This document shows, piece by piece, positions 1 through 10,110 of a DNA stretch of 64,000 nt. Origin of the DNA: Candidatus Bathyarchaeota archaeon (lineage in GTDB: Archaea; Thermoproteota; Bathyarchaeia; Bathyarchaeales; Bathycorpusculaceae). Below the pieces are notes generated by a model that was not told the origin of the DNA, searched no databases, and saw only the letters and a program-made list of their open reading frames with translations. The stretch spans positions 1,216,001 through 1,280,000 of the forward strand of contig OY970176.1 in the NCBI GenBank assembly GCA_963707955.1. Direction: 5' to 3'. Position 1 is the stretch's first letter; every line of letters begins with the position of its first letter. The translations under genes and the position numbers were made by a program.

Positions 1-57
1 ACGGGTTTCCTCAATTATCTATCACTTTCACATCAAACCTTGAAGGTGAGTTAAGAG

Positions 58-756
58 TTGAAGGTCAAGCTCCTCCGGTGCACAGCAGATGCGGAGCTAC
101 TGTGCGGAACCGCAGCGTTAACGACGATAAAAAGTGAAAAACCCTCAGACATTCTTGAAAAAATGGATTCCGAAACGGCTAAACAAAAAATCAGGAAAGT
201 AACAGGCTACGGACACGCCTCAGTCATCGAACACGCATCCTTCACGTTCAGTATCGAGGACGTTTCAAGGGGCATGACACATCAGCTGGTCAGACACCGC
301 ATAGCCTCGTACTCGCAACAGAGCCAGCGCTACGTAACCTATGACACGTTGGAAAAGTATGTAACGCCTCCCAGCATCGCTTGCAGCTCGCAAGCAAAAA
401 AGGCCTTCGATGACGCGTTGGAGAACATTTCTGAAGCATACCGCAAGCTTTTGAAGATGGGAATTCCGAAGGAAGACGCAAGGTTCATTCTCCCGAACGC
501 TGCTAAAACCAACATCATCGTGACGATGAACGCCAGAGAACTGCGTCACTTCTTCAACCTAAGATGCTGCGCCCGCGCACAGTGGGAGATCAGAGAAGTC
601 GCCGTTGAAATGCTAAAACAGGCAAAGAAAGCTGCACCTGCATTATTCGAAAACTGCGGGCCGAGCTGCGTTGAGCTGGGTTTCTGCACTGAAGGGAAGA
701 TGAAGCCAGCAGAGTGCAACGTCTCAGAAATAAGAGAGAAGTTCAGACGTTTGTAA
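58..756 (+). CDS. thyX: FAD-dependent thymidylate synthase ThyX
   Basis: GHASVIEH motif and the ThyX signature RHRxxSxxQxSxR (RHRIASYSQQSQRY); AQWEIR motif. Confidence 0.97.
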   Translation: MKVKLLRCTADAELLCGTAALTTIKSEKPSDILEKMDSETAKQKIRKVTGYGHASVIEHASFTFSIEDVSRGMTHQLVRHRIASYSQQSQRYVTYDTLEKYVTPPSIACSSQAKKAFDDALENISEAYRKLLKMGIPKEDARFILPNAAKTNIIVTMNARELRHFFNLRCCARAQWEIREVAVEMLKQAKKAAPALFENCGPSCVELGFCTEGKMKPAECNVSEIREKFRRL

Positions 757-794
757 GTGGGCAAGTTCTGGTTCTAAACATAGACGCGATACGA

Positions 795-1637
795 ATGACC
801 GGGTACAGGGTTCTACCAATTGTCACAAAATATTGGAAACCGGGACAAGACTACTTGGAAGAGATACTCAGATCCGTTAGAGGAAGATTAGCTGATGACG
901 ACTTCATCGTCGTCTCAGAGAAGGCAATCTCAACAGCCCGGAACAACATAGTGGACGAAAACCAAGCGGAACCAAGCCTAAGTGCAAGGTTCATCGCCGC
1001 ATTTTGGATGCGCATAGTCTGGGGCCACTTTCTAGGCACGCTGTGTCATCTTAGAAGAGCACTGCTTCAGCATATCCGAGAATATCCAGCGGATATGGGC
1101 AGCCGTCACAAGCAGGTTGCGCTTCAGCATGCAGGTTTGCTGCAGACTCTTATGTTCGGGTCTGAAGGCGGTATCGATGGCAGTAACTTGCCGTACGCTT
1201 ACGTCAGCCTGCCCTTGAACGATGCCAACACAGTAGCTGAGACGATACGCAAGCGAGTATGGCTCGGACTGCAGAAAAAAGTGGTCGTCATGATCGTTGA
1301 CACTGACAAAACATATTCTCTGAAATGTTTCCATTTTACGCCACGCCCAAGCCCGATTGAAGGCATACATTGTTTCGGAGGATTCATAGCGTACGTTGCG
1401 GGGCGGTTCTTCAAGCTCAAGAAGAGAGCAACGCCTTTGGCCATTTCTGGGCGAAAGCTCAGGGTTGAAGAAGCTTTGGAAATTGCCGAATTGGCAAACC
1501 GTTCCAGAGGTTTCGGCGCCGGACGAACCGTGTGGGACATGGCAAGAAACTTCAAAGTGGCCTTGACTGATGTAAGCTGGGAAATGCTTCAGACAGTAAG
1601 ACATAAACCCATAGTTATTGTTAGAAGCAAGAGCTAG
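795..1637 (+). CDS. CofE-like gamma-glutamyl ligase family protein
   Basis: VVSEKAIS, GGIDGSNLP, IVDTD and GxGAG motifs typical of the F420:glutamate ligase fold; ORF is open from 714, ATG at 795 chosen. Confidence 0.75.
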   Translation: MTGYRVLPIVTKYWKPGQDYLEEILRSVRGRLADDDFIVVSEKAISTARNNIVDENQAEPSLSARFIAAFWMRIVWGHFLGTLCHLRRALLQHIREYPADMGSRHKQVALQHAGLLQTLMFGSEGGIDGSNLPYAYVSLPLNDANTVAETIRKRVWLGLQKKVVVMIVDTDKTYSLKCFHFTPRPSPIEGIHCFGGFIAYVAGRFFKLKKRATPLAISGRKLRVEEALEIAELANRSRGFGAGRTVWDMARNFKVALTDVSWEMLQTVRHKPIVIVRSKS

Positions 1638-1646
1638 GAAGCGAGG

Positions 1647-3167
1647 GTGAAAACGTCGATGGAAGAGGAAACGAAAGCACTGAACGCTTTTTTTAACCCC
1701 CGCTCCGTCGCAATCGTGGGGGCTACCAAGAAAATAGAAAAAGCTGGACAGATCATATTCAAAAATTTCGTCGAGAACAAGACGAGACAGGTTTTCAAGG
1801 GCGAATTGTATGCGGTTAATCCAAACGAAAAGTCGATACTGGGCATCAAATGTTACCCGAACTTGAGCAAGATCTCAGGAGACCTTGAGCTGGTTGTCAT
1901 CGTCGTCCCAGCAGACGTTGTGCCCCAGATCATGAAGGAAGCGGCTGACAAGAAGGTCAAAGCGGCCGTCATCATCAGCGCTGGTTTCGCCGAGGTGGGA
2001 AACTGTGAGCTTGAAAGTGAAGTTGCAGCCATAGCTAAGGAGGCTGGAATTCGGGTTCTTGGACCCAACTGTCTCGGCGTGTACGATTCCAGAACAGGAG
2101 TGGACATGCTTTTCCTGCCAGAAACAAAGGTTCTGTTAACTGGAGACGAGGTTGTTGCGACACCGCGCCCCTTGCCGGGAAACATAGCGATCGTCAGTCA
2201 GAGCGGCGCTTTCGGCGCAGCGGCCCTTGACTATTTGGCAGGTTTACACACGGGAGCCAGCAAATTCGTGAGTTTCGGCAACAAGATCGATGTGGACGAG
2301 GCGGAGATGCTTCGGTACTTGTACCACGACAAAGAAACAACCGTGGTACTCCTCTACGTTGAGGACATAAAACATGGCAGAAGGTTTCTTGAAGCAGGGG
2401 AAGAAATAACCAGGAAAAAACCTGTCGTTGCCATAAAATCTGGAAGAACAGAGGCTGGTGCACGAGCTGCAGCCTCGCACACAGGCGCTATAGCCGGGTC
2501 GGACAGCATCTATGATGCTGCCTTCCAGCAGACGGGCATTCTCAGGGCAAGGGATATGGATGAGTTCTTCCACGCTGGAAAGGCGTTGTCGATGCAGATG
2601 CCTGCCAAAGGACAGAATGTTGCGGTAATCACGGATGCAGGAGGTCCGGGCATAATGGCGGTTGACGAATGCGGAGCAGTGGGGTTGAACGTCAAACGCT
2701 TCTCAGAAGAAACGGTTGCAAAGTTTGAGAAGTTGAAGGCAGAAGGTAAGCTTCCGAAGTTTGCAACAAACTTCAACCCTGTGGACGTGACGGGTTCAGG
2801 CACGTCGGAGATGTTTGAACTTGCAACAGAAATCGTCTTTCAAGACCCAGATATCCACGGCGTAATAATGATGGGTCTGCACCAAACTCCCGCTCTGAGA
2901 GAAGACTACATCGACAGAGTCGCAAAAGTTGCCTGCAACTATGAAAAGCCGATGGTTGCGTGCGACATCGGCGAGACGGAAATGGCCCTGAGCATTCGCC
3001 TAAGGTTTGACGGGTTAGGCGTTCCAGCTTATTCATCACCGGAAGACGCTGCAAGAGCCATGAACGCTCTTGTAAGGTACGGACTCTACCTGCAGAAGAA
3101 GGGCTATCTTGAAGAGTACATCAAGAACTTCTTGGAAAACAAACGAAGGAAGCATGTCAAAACGTGA
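1647..3167 (+). CDS. acdA: acetate/acyl-CoA ligase (ADP-forming) alpha subunit
   Basis: CoA-binding PRSVAIVGA, GPNCLG, SQSGA and phospho-His motif ASHTGAIAG. Confidence 0.92.
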   Translation: MKTSMEEETKALNAFFNPRSVAIVGATKKIEKAGQIIFKNFVENKTRQVFKGELYAVNPNEKSILGIKCYPNLSKISGDLELVVIVVPADVVPQIMKEAADKKVKAAVIISAGFAEVGNCELESEVAAIAKEAGIRVLGPNCLGVYDSRTGVDMLFLPETKVLLTGDEVVATPRPLPGNIAIVSQSGAFGAAALDYLAGLHTGASKFVSFGNKIDVDEAEMLRYLYHDKETTVVLLYVEDIKHGRRFLEAGEEITRKKPVVAIKSGRTEAGARAAASHTGAIAGSDSIYDAAFQQTGILRARDMDEFFHAGKALSMQMPAKGQNVAVITDAGGPGIMAVDECGAVGLNVKRFSEETVAKFEKLKAEGKLPKFATNFNPVDVTGSGTSEMFELATEIVFQDPDIHGVIMMGLHQTPALREDYIDRVAKVACNYEKPMVACDIGETEMALSIRLRFDGLGVPAYSSPEDAARAMNALVRYGLYLQKKGYLEEYIKNFLENKRRKHVKT

Positions 3168-3543
3168 CCTTAACCTCAACCCAGCTGCCATCGACAAGAT
3201 GAAGCCTTTCTCTCAGGTTTGCTGATGAAATCACTTCAACAACATCCTCTGGGTAACCGGGAACTTCTGGGATGACAACTGCACACTTCACTTTCATTAT
3301 GCTTGCCTCGAAGATTCGTCCACGACAATAGCCAGGAGCAGGCAAGATTTCCGCCCCTGTCGCGTTCATCAATGCCTTCTTCATTTTGGCGCCCTTCCCA
3401 TCAAGCCTTATGTTCAACGTGCCAGAATAGGGCGTGAAACCCAACTTTTCTTCTATCTGTTTTCTAGCCCAGGAAAGGTTTACGAATTCTTCTCCTTCAC
3501 CTTTGCCCGAGAAGACTCCTCCCTTCAAGCGCAGCGTATTCAC
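3157..3543 (-). CDS. ribK: CTP-dependent riboflavin kinase (DUF120)
   Basis: GxVFSGxGEG, LGFTPYSGTLN and EVISxxNLRERL motifs. Confidence 0.88.
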   Translation of the reverse strand: MNTLRLKGGVFSGKGEGEEFVNLSWARKQIEEKLGFTPYSGTLNIRLDGKGAKMKKALMNATGAEILPAPGYCRGRIFEASIMKVKCAVVIPEVPGYPEDVVEVISSANLRERLHLVDGSWVEVKVTF

Positions 3544-3604
3544 GCAATCAAGACTCCTGCCTCACGTTTAGATGTTCAAAGAAAAACTGGGGGGCAAAAA
3601 AGGT

Positions 3605-3973
3605 CTATTTTTGCTCTTTCAGCCAAACTGCAACTTTCTTGATCACCGCGTTAGACGTCATGTCGACAACGGGCACTATCATTTTTTCTCGCGTCTCGAT
3701 AACCGGCTGGTACTTAGGCATAAAGGAATAGCCGAGGAAAGTCCAGTAGACGCGTCCCTTTTCAATCAGCATTTTCGCGGTGGCCTCTGTTGATGCTGGC
3801 AGGGGGAAGTAGAGAAAAACCACGCCTTCAGCCCAGTACAGGCCCGCAGCTTTGCCGCCGGCGATTATAGACGCAAACCTCGCTATCTCATCAGCGTTCG
3901 CGAAGTAATCCTTCTCCATGATCACGATCTCCTTGAAAGGCTCGTATTTCACTGCCACTTCGCCTTCACTCAT
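3605..3973 (-). CDS. conserved archaeal hypothetical protein
   Basis: Clean ORF (open from 4018); LYWAEGVVF motif resembles small TACK-type conserved proteins. Confidence 0.65.
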   Translation of the reverse strand: MSEGEVAVKYEPFKEIVIMEKDYFANADEIARFASIIAGGKAAGLYWAEGVVFLYFPLPASTEATAKMLIEKGRVYWTFLGYSFMPKYQPVIETREKMIVPVVDMTSNAVIKKVAVWLKEQK

Positions 3974-4080
3974 AACGTTCACCGTTCTCTTGTGTTGTCT
4001 AACTGGTTTAAGTTCCATTTTAATTTTGTCTTTCCAGAAAAGTTATACAGCAGACGTCTGTTAAAGCCTTAAACCAAACA

Positions 4081-5178
4081 GTGTTGAAGGAGAAATTTAG
4101 CTTGCCAGAAGTTCGTGTCGCGCTGGTGGGTGTGGGCAATTCTGCCTCGGCTCTCATTCAAGGAGTCCAGTATTACAAGAACGCAGAGGAAAATAGGAAC
4201 GTGCCAGGCTTGATGCACGTTAATTTTGGCCCGTACCACATAAGGGACGTGAAGTTCGTAGCAGCCTTTGAGGTGAACAAGGACAAGATCGGAAAAGACT
4301 TGTCTGAAGCCATTTTTACTGCGCCGAACTGCTGCGAGAAATTTGCAGACGTGCCCACCTTGGACGTCAAAGTTACGGGAGGGCCAGTTCTCGACGGGGC
4401 GGCTGAACACATGAAGAAGGTTTTCAACGTTTACAAGAACGAAGTTGGCCCCGAGCACGTCGTCGACGTTTTGAAGAAGTCCAAGGCGCAGATACTCGTG
4501 AACTATCTGCCCGTGGGAAGCCGAAAGGCCGCTCGATTTTATGCCCAATCAGCCTTGGACGCTGGCTGCGCCTTCATCAACTGCATGCCCGAGTTCATCG
4601 CTTCGGACGGTTCATGGAGCAAAAAGTTTGAGGAAAAAGGACTGCCGATCGCTGGAGACGACATCAAAAGCCAGTTAGGAGCCACCATTCTGCACCGAAG
4701 CATCGCCAAACTGTGCGTGGACAGGGGCGTGATCATCGATGAAACCTATCAGCTGAACCTCGGAGGAGACACCGACTTCCTGAACATGACGGTCGAGGAA
4801 CGGTTGAAGACTAAACGGATCAGCAAGACCGAAGCCGTGACGAGCATGGTTCCATACGACTTGCCCACCCGTATAGGACCTTCAGATTACGTGCCGTTCC
4901 TGGGAAACAAGAAGATCTGCTACTTGTGGCTGAAGGGAAGGAAATTCGGTGACAGACCCTTGACCGTGTCTGTTAAGCTTGAGGTTGAAGACTCACCGAA
5001 CAGCGCGGGAGTCGTGATCGACATAATACGAGCGGTCAAAATTGCATTGGACCGCAAGATTGGAGGAGCATTGCTGAGCATATCCTCGTACGCCTTTAAG
5101 CACCCTCCGATTCAGGTTCCGGACGCCTTGGCCAAGCAGGCTGTTGAAGAATTCATTCAAGGGAAGAGAGAACGCTGA
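4081..5178 (+). CDS. ino1: myo-inositol-1-phosphate synthase
   Basis: GVGNSASAL, NYLPVGS, GDDIKSQLGAT, QLNLGGDTDF and DSPNSAG motifs. Confidence 0.96.
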   Translation: MLKEKFSLPEVRVALVGVGNSASALIQGVQYYKNAEENRNVPGLMHVNFGPYHIRDVKFVAAFEVNKDKIGKDLSEAIFTAPNCCEKFADVPTLDVKVTGGPVLDGAAEHMKKVFNVYKNEVGPEHVVDVLKKSKAQILVNYLPVGSRKAARFYAQSALDAGCAFINCMPEFIASDGSWSKKFEEKGLPIAGDDIKSQLGATILHRSIAKLCVDRGVIIDETYQLNLGGDTDFLNMTVEERLKTKRISKTEAVTSMVPYDLPTRIGPSDYVPFLGNKKICYLWLKGRKFGDRPLTVSVKLEVEDSPNSAGVVIDIIRAVKIALDRKIGGALLSISSYAFKHPPIQVPDALAKQAVEEFIQGKRER

Positions 5179-5249
5179 GAGCCTTAAGAATACGCCCGCG
5201 CTTCGCAGCAGTAGGCAGCTTCCTGATTTTCATCGGTGTCTCTTGGTCT

Positions 5250-6080
5250 CTAGGAAGTAAACAGTGCTGAACCGTCGCCGAACAGCGCAAGGATCTTCCT
5301 TGGGTTAAAAACGCTGAAAACTGACTTTCTTAGATTCTTTCCCATCCTTGGAATCAAACCGGCAGCATCCGTGCCTAACTTGCACAGGACCGCATGTTCA
5401 AACATTCCCAAGGACTCGACCTTGACGATGTCACGGTTAAATTCTGCTCTTCTTATAGCCGACATCACTTCGCCATAGGAAGCTCCGAGAACCAACAGCC
5501 TGTCGAGCAGGGAACGCGTCCAGCCTGCGTACTGTTCCTGCTGCTTCTCTGAGAGCTCAGCTTCAATGTGCTTTTTTTCAAGGTCGGCGCTTGTAACTCT
5601 GATGTGTAACGGTAGGTTTTCACAGAAACCGAAAAGCTCCGCCATCTTGCCGAGCGCAATCTTGCTTCCATCTCCCAGCTGGGCCTGCAGTTGATTCAAC
5701 GAGACCGCAGCGTCAACGTGGCTTGGTGAAGAAACTCCTATGTCGACCCAGAGCTCGTTCTTGCTTTTCGATGGGTCCATAACGTATCCTTTAAGCGTTG
5801 AATATTTCCTGACCTTTTCTAAGCCTCCTGGGCAAAGCCCTATGTTGTCGGCCAGATAGCGGACGGCCACGTTCTCGTCTTCGCCGGAAATCGACACGTG
5901 AACCCATCCGAGTGAATCGGTCTCGAGCATGTTGGTCTTAACCTTCAACCCCTTCAACAAAGACCTCAAGTTTCCGTCAACTTGGTCTAACTGAGAATTG
6001 TTGTAGATTCTGGTAAGCAGAGTTATGGAAGGCAATCGCAATCGCCGACTAGAGCCAACATTTCCTCGTGCAGTTTCCAT
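5250..6080 (-). CDS. DUF2110-family conserved archaeal protein
   Basis: Sits in the conserved tfe/HD cluster; C-terminal LGxFEHxVLCKLGTDAxGLI motif; true start probably near 6035. Confidence 0.7.
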   Translation of the reverse strand: METARGNVGSSRRLRLPSITLLTRIYNNSQLDQVDGNLRSLLKGLKVKTNMLETDSLGWVHVSISGEDENVAVRYLADNIGLCPGGLEKVRKYSTLKGYVMDPSKSKNELWVDIGVSSPSHVDAAVSLNQLQAQLGDGSKIALGKMAELFGFCENLPLHIRVTSADLEKKHIEAELSEKQQEQYAGWTRSLLDRLLVLGASYGEVMSAIRRAEFNRDIVKVESLGMFEHAVLCKLGTDAAGLIPRMGKNLRKSVFSVFNPRKILALFGDGSALFTS

Positions 6081-6565
6081 ATTCTCTCAATGGCAGCCGG
6101 CGGCAACTCCTGTGAAAGCTGGTCTATCGTTTTCTCTATTGGGACGCGACGTGAGCTTTCAATAAGCTTGTCTGCGTAGCAGACGATTTTTTCTTCAAGC
6201 GTCTGTGGAACGTACACGTCTTTGGGCCACCCGAGTTTCTTTGCCTCTCTGGCCGTTATCCCGCCGCCCACGTGCTTCTTGATAATTGATACAACCTGCT
6301 CCGGAAGTCCCAGGGACCTTGCGATTTCTGCCCCGACTACTGCGTGATGGACAGTGTGCGTCTTGCCTCGTCCAATGTCATGTAAGAGTCCTCCGACCTC
6401 GACGAGTTCCAGATTAACATGTGAACCGCTTTTCTGGCATGCTTCAGCGATCTCGCAGGCAAGCTCAGTAACTTTTTCAGCGTGTCTTACAACGTTCTCG
6501 CGGCATCCGCTCTGCCTGAGAAACTGCAGTGCTTCTTTTCTCGTGGGGAGCTTTTCACTCACCAA
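6023..6565 (-). CDS. HD-domain protein (TIGR00295-like)
   Basis: H...LHDIG...HAVVG...HVGGG...YADKL metal-binding motifs. Confidence 0.88.
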   Translation of the reverse strand: MVSEKLPTRKEALQFLRQSGCRENVVRHAEKVTELACEIAEACQKSGSHVNLELVEVGGLLHDIGRGKTHTVHHAVVGAEIARSLGLPEQVVSIIKKHVGGGITAREAKKLGWPKDVYVPQTLEEKIVCYADKLIESSRRVPIEKTIDQLSQELPPAAIERIWKLHEEMLALVGDCDCLP

Positions 6566-7066
6566 GCTCCTTCCTTAGTGTTTCGACCTTCTTTCCCAAC
6601 GCTTCAAGGATCTTGTCGTTGTCGTAGTGCATCAACGGTTTTCCGCATGTTGGGCACTTGAAAACCAGTTCCACAGCTTCTTCAAACGGATCCGCTTGCA
6701 TCCAGGCGTGGTGCAATAGTAGAAGTCATGGTTTTTCTCGAACTCCAGTCGGACGTTGAGTTTTTCAAGAACCCGACGTTTTTGGCTCTGTATGAAACCT
6801 TCCAGCTGGTCTGACTGTAGCCTCCAATGAAAAATGAACCAGCCAGTCTTCGGGTCGCGTGTTCGTCTCAAGCTTACAAGAGAATGGTCATAAAGCTTGT
6901 AGAGGATCTTGCGCACCGAGTTCAGTCTTATGCCCGTTTTGCTTGCTATCTCATCGTCTGTTGTTTCTTGTGCGTTTTTGAGGATTTCAATGAGCTTGAT
7001 GGCGTCCTCCTCGCCTAGGGCTTGTGCAACTCTCGTCAGTGTTGCGTCGTCTATGTTGGACAACAT
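6555..7066 (-). CDS. tfe: transcription factor E (TFE), single-base frameshift near 6688
   Basis: Winged helix TDDEIASKTGIRLNSVRKILYKLY...GWFIFHW. Restoring one C (ATC CCG TTT GAA) gives FEEAVELVFKCPTCGKPLMHYDN...KELGE*, which completes the Zn ribbon. Confidence 0.93.
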
Positions 7067-7166
7067 AGTGCTCCTTTTGTTTCCCCTCTTCAACGCTGGT
7101 CTCTATATTGTATATTGTGCATGGTTCGACCTTAAATCTCTTTGGAAAAAAGCAGAATCACACCAT

Positions 7167-7709
7167 CTATTCATTCACTATCTTCTTTCCCCTTGCTTGA
7201 GGAATGATCTCCAGGTGCGTGTTCTCGAACCTTCTCGTCAGTTCCTTTCCCTCGAAAAAGCGATCAAGAAAAACCGCCAAACTTGCACATTCCGAATGCG
7301 GCTGGTTTCCGACTGCCACGTTGAAGTCTGACACGGCTTCGGAGAAGAATTCGCCAGGCACTTTCTGGCTTCCAACGATGACCAAAACGTCCTTTCCTGA
7401 TGTCTTGATCTTCTCTATCGCATCGCTGGTTTCAACGTTTTCTCCATAAGCCGTCAGATGGACAACTAGGCCGCCCTTGACTCTCCAACCGTGAACAACT
7501 CTTTTCCAAGGAGTTCCCATCTCAAAGAAGAAAGGGCCTCCCCATTCTCGAGTGACTTTTTCAATCGAGTCCTTGATCTTGGGGTCGTTTGTGTCTGAAA
7601 CTATTAGGCCAGCAGCTCCGAAAGCCCTAGCTGCCAGCGCAACGTGCGATGTTAGCCTTGCGTCTCTCTGCGGTCTGTGACCCCATCTCAGAACAACTAC
7701 TCGAGGCAT
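7167..7709 (-). CDS. trm56: tRNA (cytidine(56)-2'-O)-methyltransferase aTrm56
   Basis: LRWGHRPQRDARLTSHVAL, HLTAYG and VGNQPHSE SPOUT motifs. Confidence 0.95.
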   Translation of the reverse strand: MPRVVVLRWGHRPQRDARLTSHVALAARAFGAAGLIVSDTNDPKIKDSIEKVTREWGGPFFFEMGTPWKRVVHGWRVKGGLVVHLTAYGENVETSDAIEKIKTSGKDVLVIVGSQKVPGEFFSEAVSDFNVAVGNQPHSECASLAVFLDRFFEGKELTRRFENTHLEIIPQARGKKIVNE

Positions 7710-7720
7710 GTTCTCTCCTT

Positions 7721-8941
7721 TCAGACTTTCTCCATTTTCCCGTTGAATTCTTTCGCTACGCGATTCCTCACCTTTTCAGCGAACGATGGGCTTGCTTCAA
7801 AAACCACGTGCACCGAGTCTGCCGTGTAATCTGCCGCTTGCACGTCAGCGCCTTTGAAGAGCCAGGCCATGAAGGGCATCGTTTCCTTCGTTACCGGTAT
7901 CGTGAATGAGGCTTTCACATACTCCTTAAATCCGTTCAGTATTTCTTGTTTCAACTGCTCGATGTTTGTTCCGTACAACGCGGATATGGGCACCGGCGTT
8001 TTGGCTCTGTCCCTCAGGTTTTCGATCTTCTGCTGGATGTCCGCGTTCGAGACCAAGTCGATCTTGTTCAGCACGACTATCGTTGGTATGCCTCCTGCTC
8101 CGATGCGCTCTATCGTCTCCATACATGTTGAAAGTTTCTTTTCCATAATGCTCATCGCTTCGCTTGCGTCTACCATCAGAAGTATGAGGTCAGAGTAGAT
8201 TGTTTCTTCAAGAGTTGAATGGAAAGCCTCTATGAGTGTTAACGGCAACCGGTCTATGAAGCCCACAGTGTCTGTCAACAGGAACTTCTTCTTGGAGAAA
8301 GTGACAAGCCTCGTCGTTGTTGAGAGTGTCGTGAACAACGCTGTGTCCACTGGAACTGTTTCTTTTGCAAGAACGTTGAACAGGGAGCTTTTTCCTGCTT
8401 TTGTGTATCCAGCCAGAGAGATTGATGCGAAGCCCAATTCGGCCCTCCTTTCGCGGTGTAGTAGACGCTTTCCTCTGAACTTCTTCAGTCTTCTTCGTGT
8501 GGCATGCACTTCTCTCTTGACGCTTTCATAGTAAACGTCAACTTCATAAGCTCCCAGCCCCATGAACCCAGGCTGCTCTGCCCTCTTTGCCAACCTTACT
8601 CTCTCTTTTGCCTGCGTAAGGTCGTACTGTAGCTTTGCAAGGTGGATCTGCATCTGTGCCTCAGATGTTGTAGCTCTTCTTGTGAAGATCTCCAGTATGA
8701 GTTGGAAGCGGTCGATGGACTCGACGTTGGTCGCCTTTGCCAGGTTGTAGGATTGCAAGGGTCTCAGAAGGTTGTCGAATATGATTTTTTCAGCGCCAGT
8801 TTTCTTTACAAGTTCGGCGAGTTCTTCGACCTTTCCAGCGCCTATCTGGTAACGTGCGTCAGGTTCTTTGACCTGCTCCATCCTGCCGACAACCGTGTAG
8901 CCTGCTGTTTGTGCTAGGCTGTCAAGCTCATCAAGTGTCAT
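7721..8941 (-). CDS. hflX: GTPase HflX
   Basis: DRFQLILEIF, G1 GYTKAGKS, LFTTL, DTVGFI and NKID motifs; start may lie slightly upstream. Confidence 0.95.
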   Translation of the reverse strand: MTLDELDSLAQTAGYTVVGRMEQVKEPDARYQIGAGKVEELAELVKKTGAEKIIFDNLLRPLQSYNLAKATNVESIDRFQLILEIFTRRATTSEAQMQIHLAKLQYDLTQAKERVRLAKRAEQPGFMGLGAYEVDVYYESVKREVHATRRRLKKFRGKRLLHRERRAELGFASISLAGYTKAGKSSLFNVLAKETVPVDTALFTTLSTTTRLVTFSKKKFLLTDTVGFIDRLPLTLIEAFHSTLEETIYSDLILLMVDASEAMSIMEKKLSTCMETIERIGAGGIPTIVVLNKIDLVSNADIQQKIENLRDRAKTPVPISALYGTNIEQLKQEILNGFKEYVKASFTIPVTKETMPFMAWLFKGADVQAADYTADSVHVVFEASPSFAEKVRNRVAKEFNGKMEKV

Positions 8942-8967
8942 TGGTTCGGACCGCTGCCGGCGCTGAA

Positions 8968-9519
8968 CTATGATTGCTCTCGTCCTGCAGCTTCCTCCTT
9001 GTCGCTGCCTCCCTTTTTAAGTTGAATGAGGTCTCCGAGCGTCAGTTCACGGCTGAGCGCCCTGGGCATCTTCGCCTGTGGAACTTTTTCCTCCTTCCTA
9101 GGCACTATCAATTTGACCTTAAGAATATGCTCCAACGCTGTTGCAAGCTTGTCGCTGGGCGTCATCTTGCCCGTCTCAATCTTCTTTAGAAGCGATACCT
9201 TTTCGTTCAATCTCTTCCCCAGTTCTTCATGCGAAAGTCCCAGCTTCTCCCTTGCATTTCTTATCCTCGTGCCATAATCTTCCGTCAGTTCCACGCTCGT
9301 GTCGACTGGCGGCGCCGACGGCTTAGTTTGGACTCTAAGCGCGACGGGTGCCGTTCTGAGCTTCGGAAACACGTGTTTCGGTCTGGGCTCCTCGTAGCAT
9401 ATCTTGCCATGCTTTGCACATTCGCCACACACCGTGAGTCTTGCCCCTTCGATCATGACGTTGAATGATTTGCCAGGGATCTTGCATCCGCAGACTTCGC
9501 ATCGCAACTGGCTGCACAC
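8968..9519 (-). CDS. mbf1: archaeal multiprotein bridging factor aMBF1
   Basis: N-terminal CEVCG...CGEC Zn ribbon, Cro-like HTH, and LTLGD tail. Confidence 0.93.
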   Translation of the reverse strand: MCSQLRCEVCGCKIPGKSFNVMIEGARLTVCGECAKHGKICYEEPRPKHVFPKLRTAPVALRVQTKPSAPPVDTSVELTEDYGTRIRNAREKLGLSHEELGKRLNEKVSLLKKIETGKMTPSDKLATALEHILKVKLIVPRKEEKVPQAKMPRALSRELTLGDLIQLKKGGSDKEEAAGREQS

Positions 9520-9590
9520 CTAGACTGCTTTTATTATAAAGGGTCATGTTTATAGTTGTCGAACGCGCATGCACGAGCTGTCGGTGAGTA

Positions 9591-10064
9591 ATGTTGGAGG
9601 ATGCTCTAAGGCGAGTAAGGGCTGTTGCAGACTATCAGTTTGGTAGAGGCGTAGGCGCGGAGCTTTTTCCCGAAGGGGTGAAAATTGTATTTTCCAGAAG
9701 GACGAGAAGAATCCGCTACATTTATCTGGACGGGAAACGGCTTGCCACTATGCGTCCGACGGATGGTATGCTTTCCCTGAGCATCAGAGGTGCAAGACGG
9801 ATCGTTGAAGGCGTGGCTTCTGCAAGGTGCTTTGTAAGAGTTCAAGATGATGTCTCAAAGTTTATTGCTGAAGGTGGCGACGTGTTTGCAGCGCACGTCG
9901 TGAAGGTTGATGAGGAGGTCCGCGCGAAAGACGAGGTAGTCGTGCTCGACGGCGACGAAAAGGTCTTAGCGGTCGGTCGGGCCATGTTGTCTGGTGAAGA
10001 GATGAAAGCTTTCAAGCGCGGCGTCGCCGTCAAGGTTCGACGTGGCTGTACGGATGAAGGTTAA
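9591..10064 (+). CDS. PUA-domain protein (archaeosine TGT C-terminal-like)
   Basis: ADYQFG, DVFAAHV and GVAVKVR motifs. Confidence 0.85.
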   Translation: MLEDALRRVRAVADYQFGRGVGAELFPEGVKIVFSRRTRRIRYIYLDGKRLATMRPTDGMLSLSIRGARRIVEGVASARCFVRVQDDVSKFIAEGGDVFAAHVVKVDEEVRAKDEVVVLDGDEKVLAVGRAMLSGEEMKAFKRGVAVKVRRGCTDEG

Positions 10065-10110
10065 GTTTATGAGTTTTGACTAGTAAAGGTTAGATGGAAA
10101 GGGTGATCAT

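Noticed and set aside
6670-6700. Programmed ribosomal frameshift in tfe (and the other split genes)
   Set aside because: No shared slippery heptamer or stimulatory structure; both +1 and -1 indels occur in unrelated genes, which fits sequencing error better.
8380-8415. HflX G1 variant GYTKAGKS (usually GYTNAGKS)
   Set aside because: A single substitution at a variable P-loop position; all other motifs are intact.
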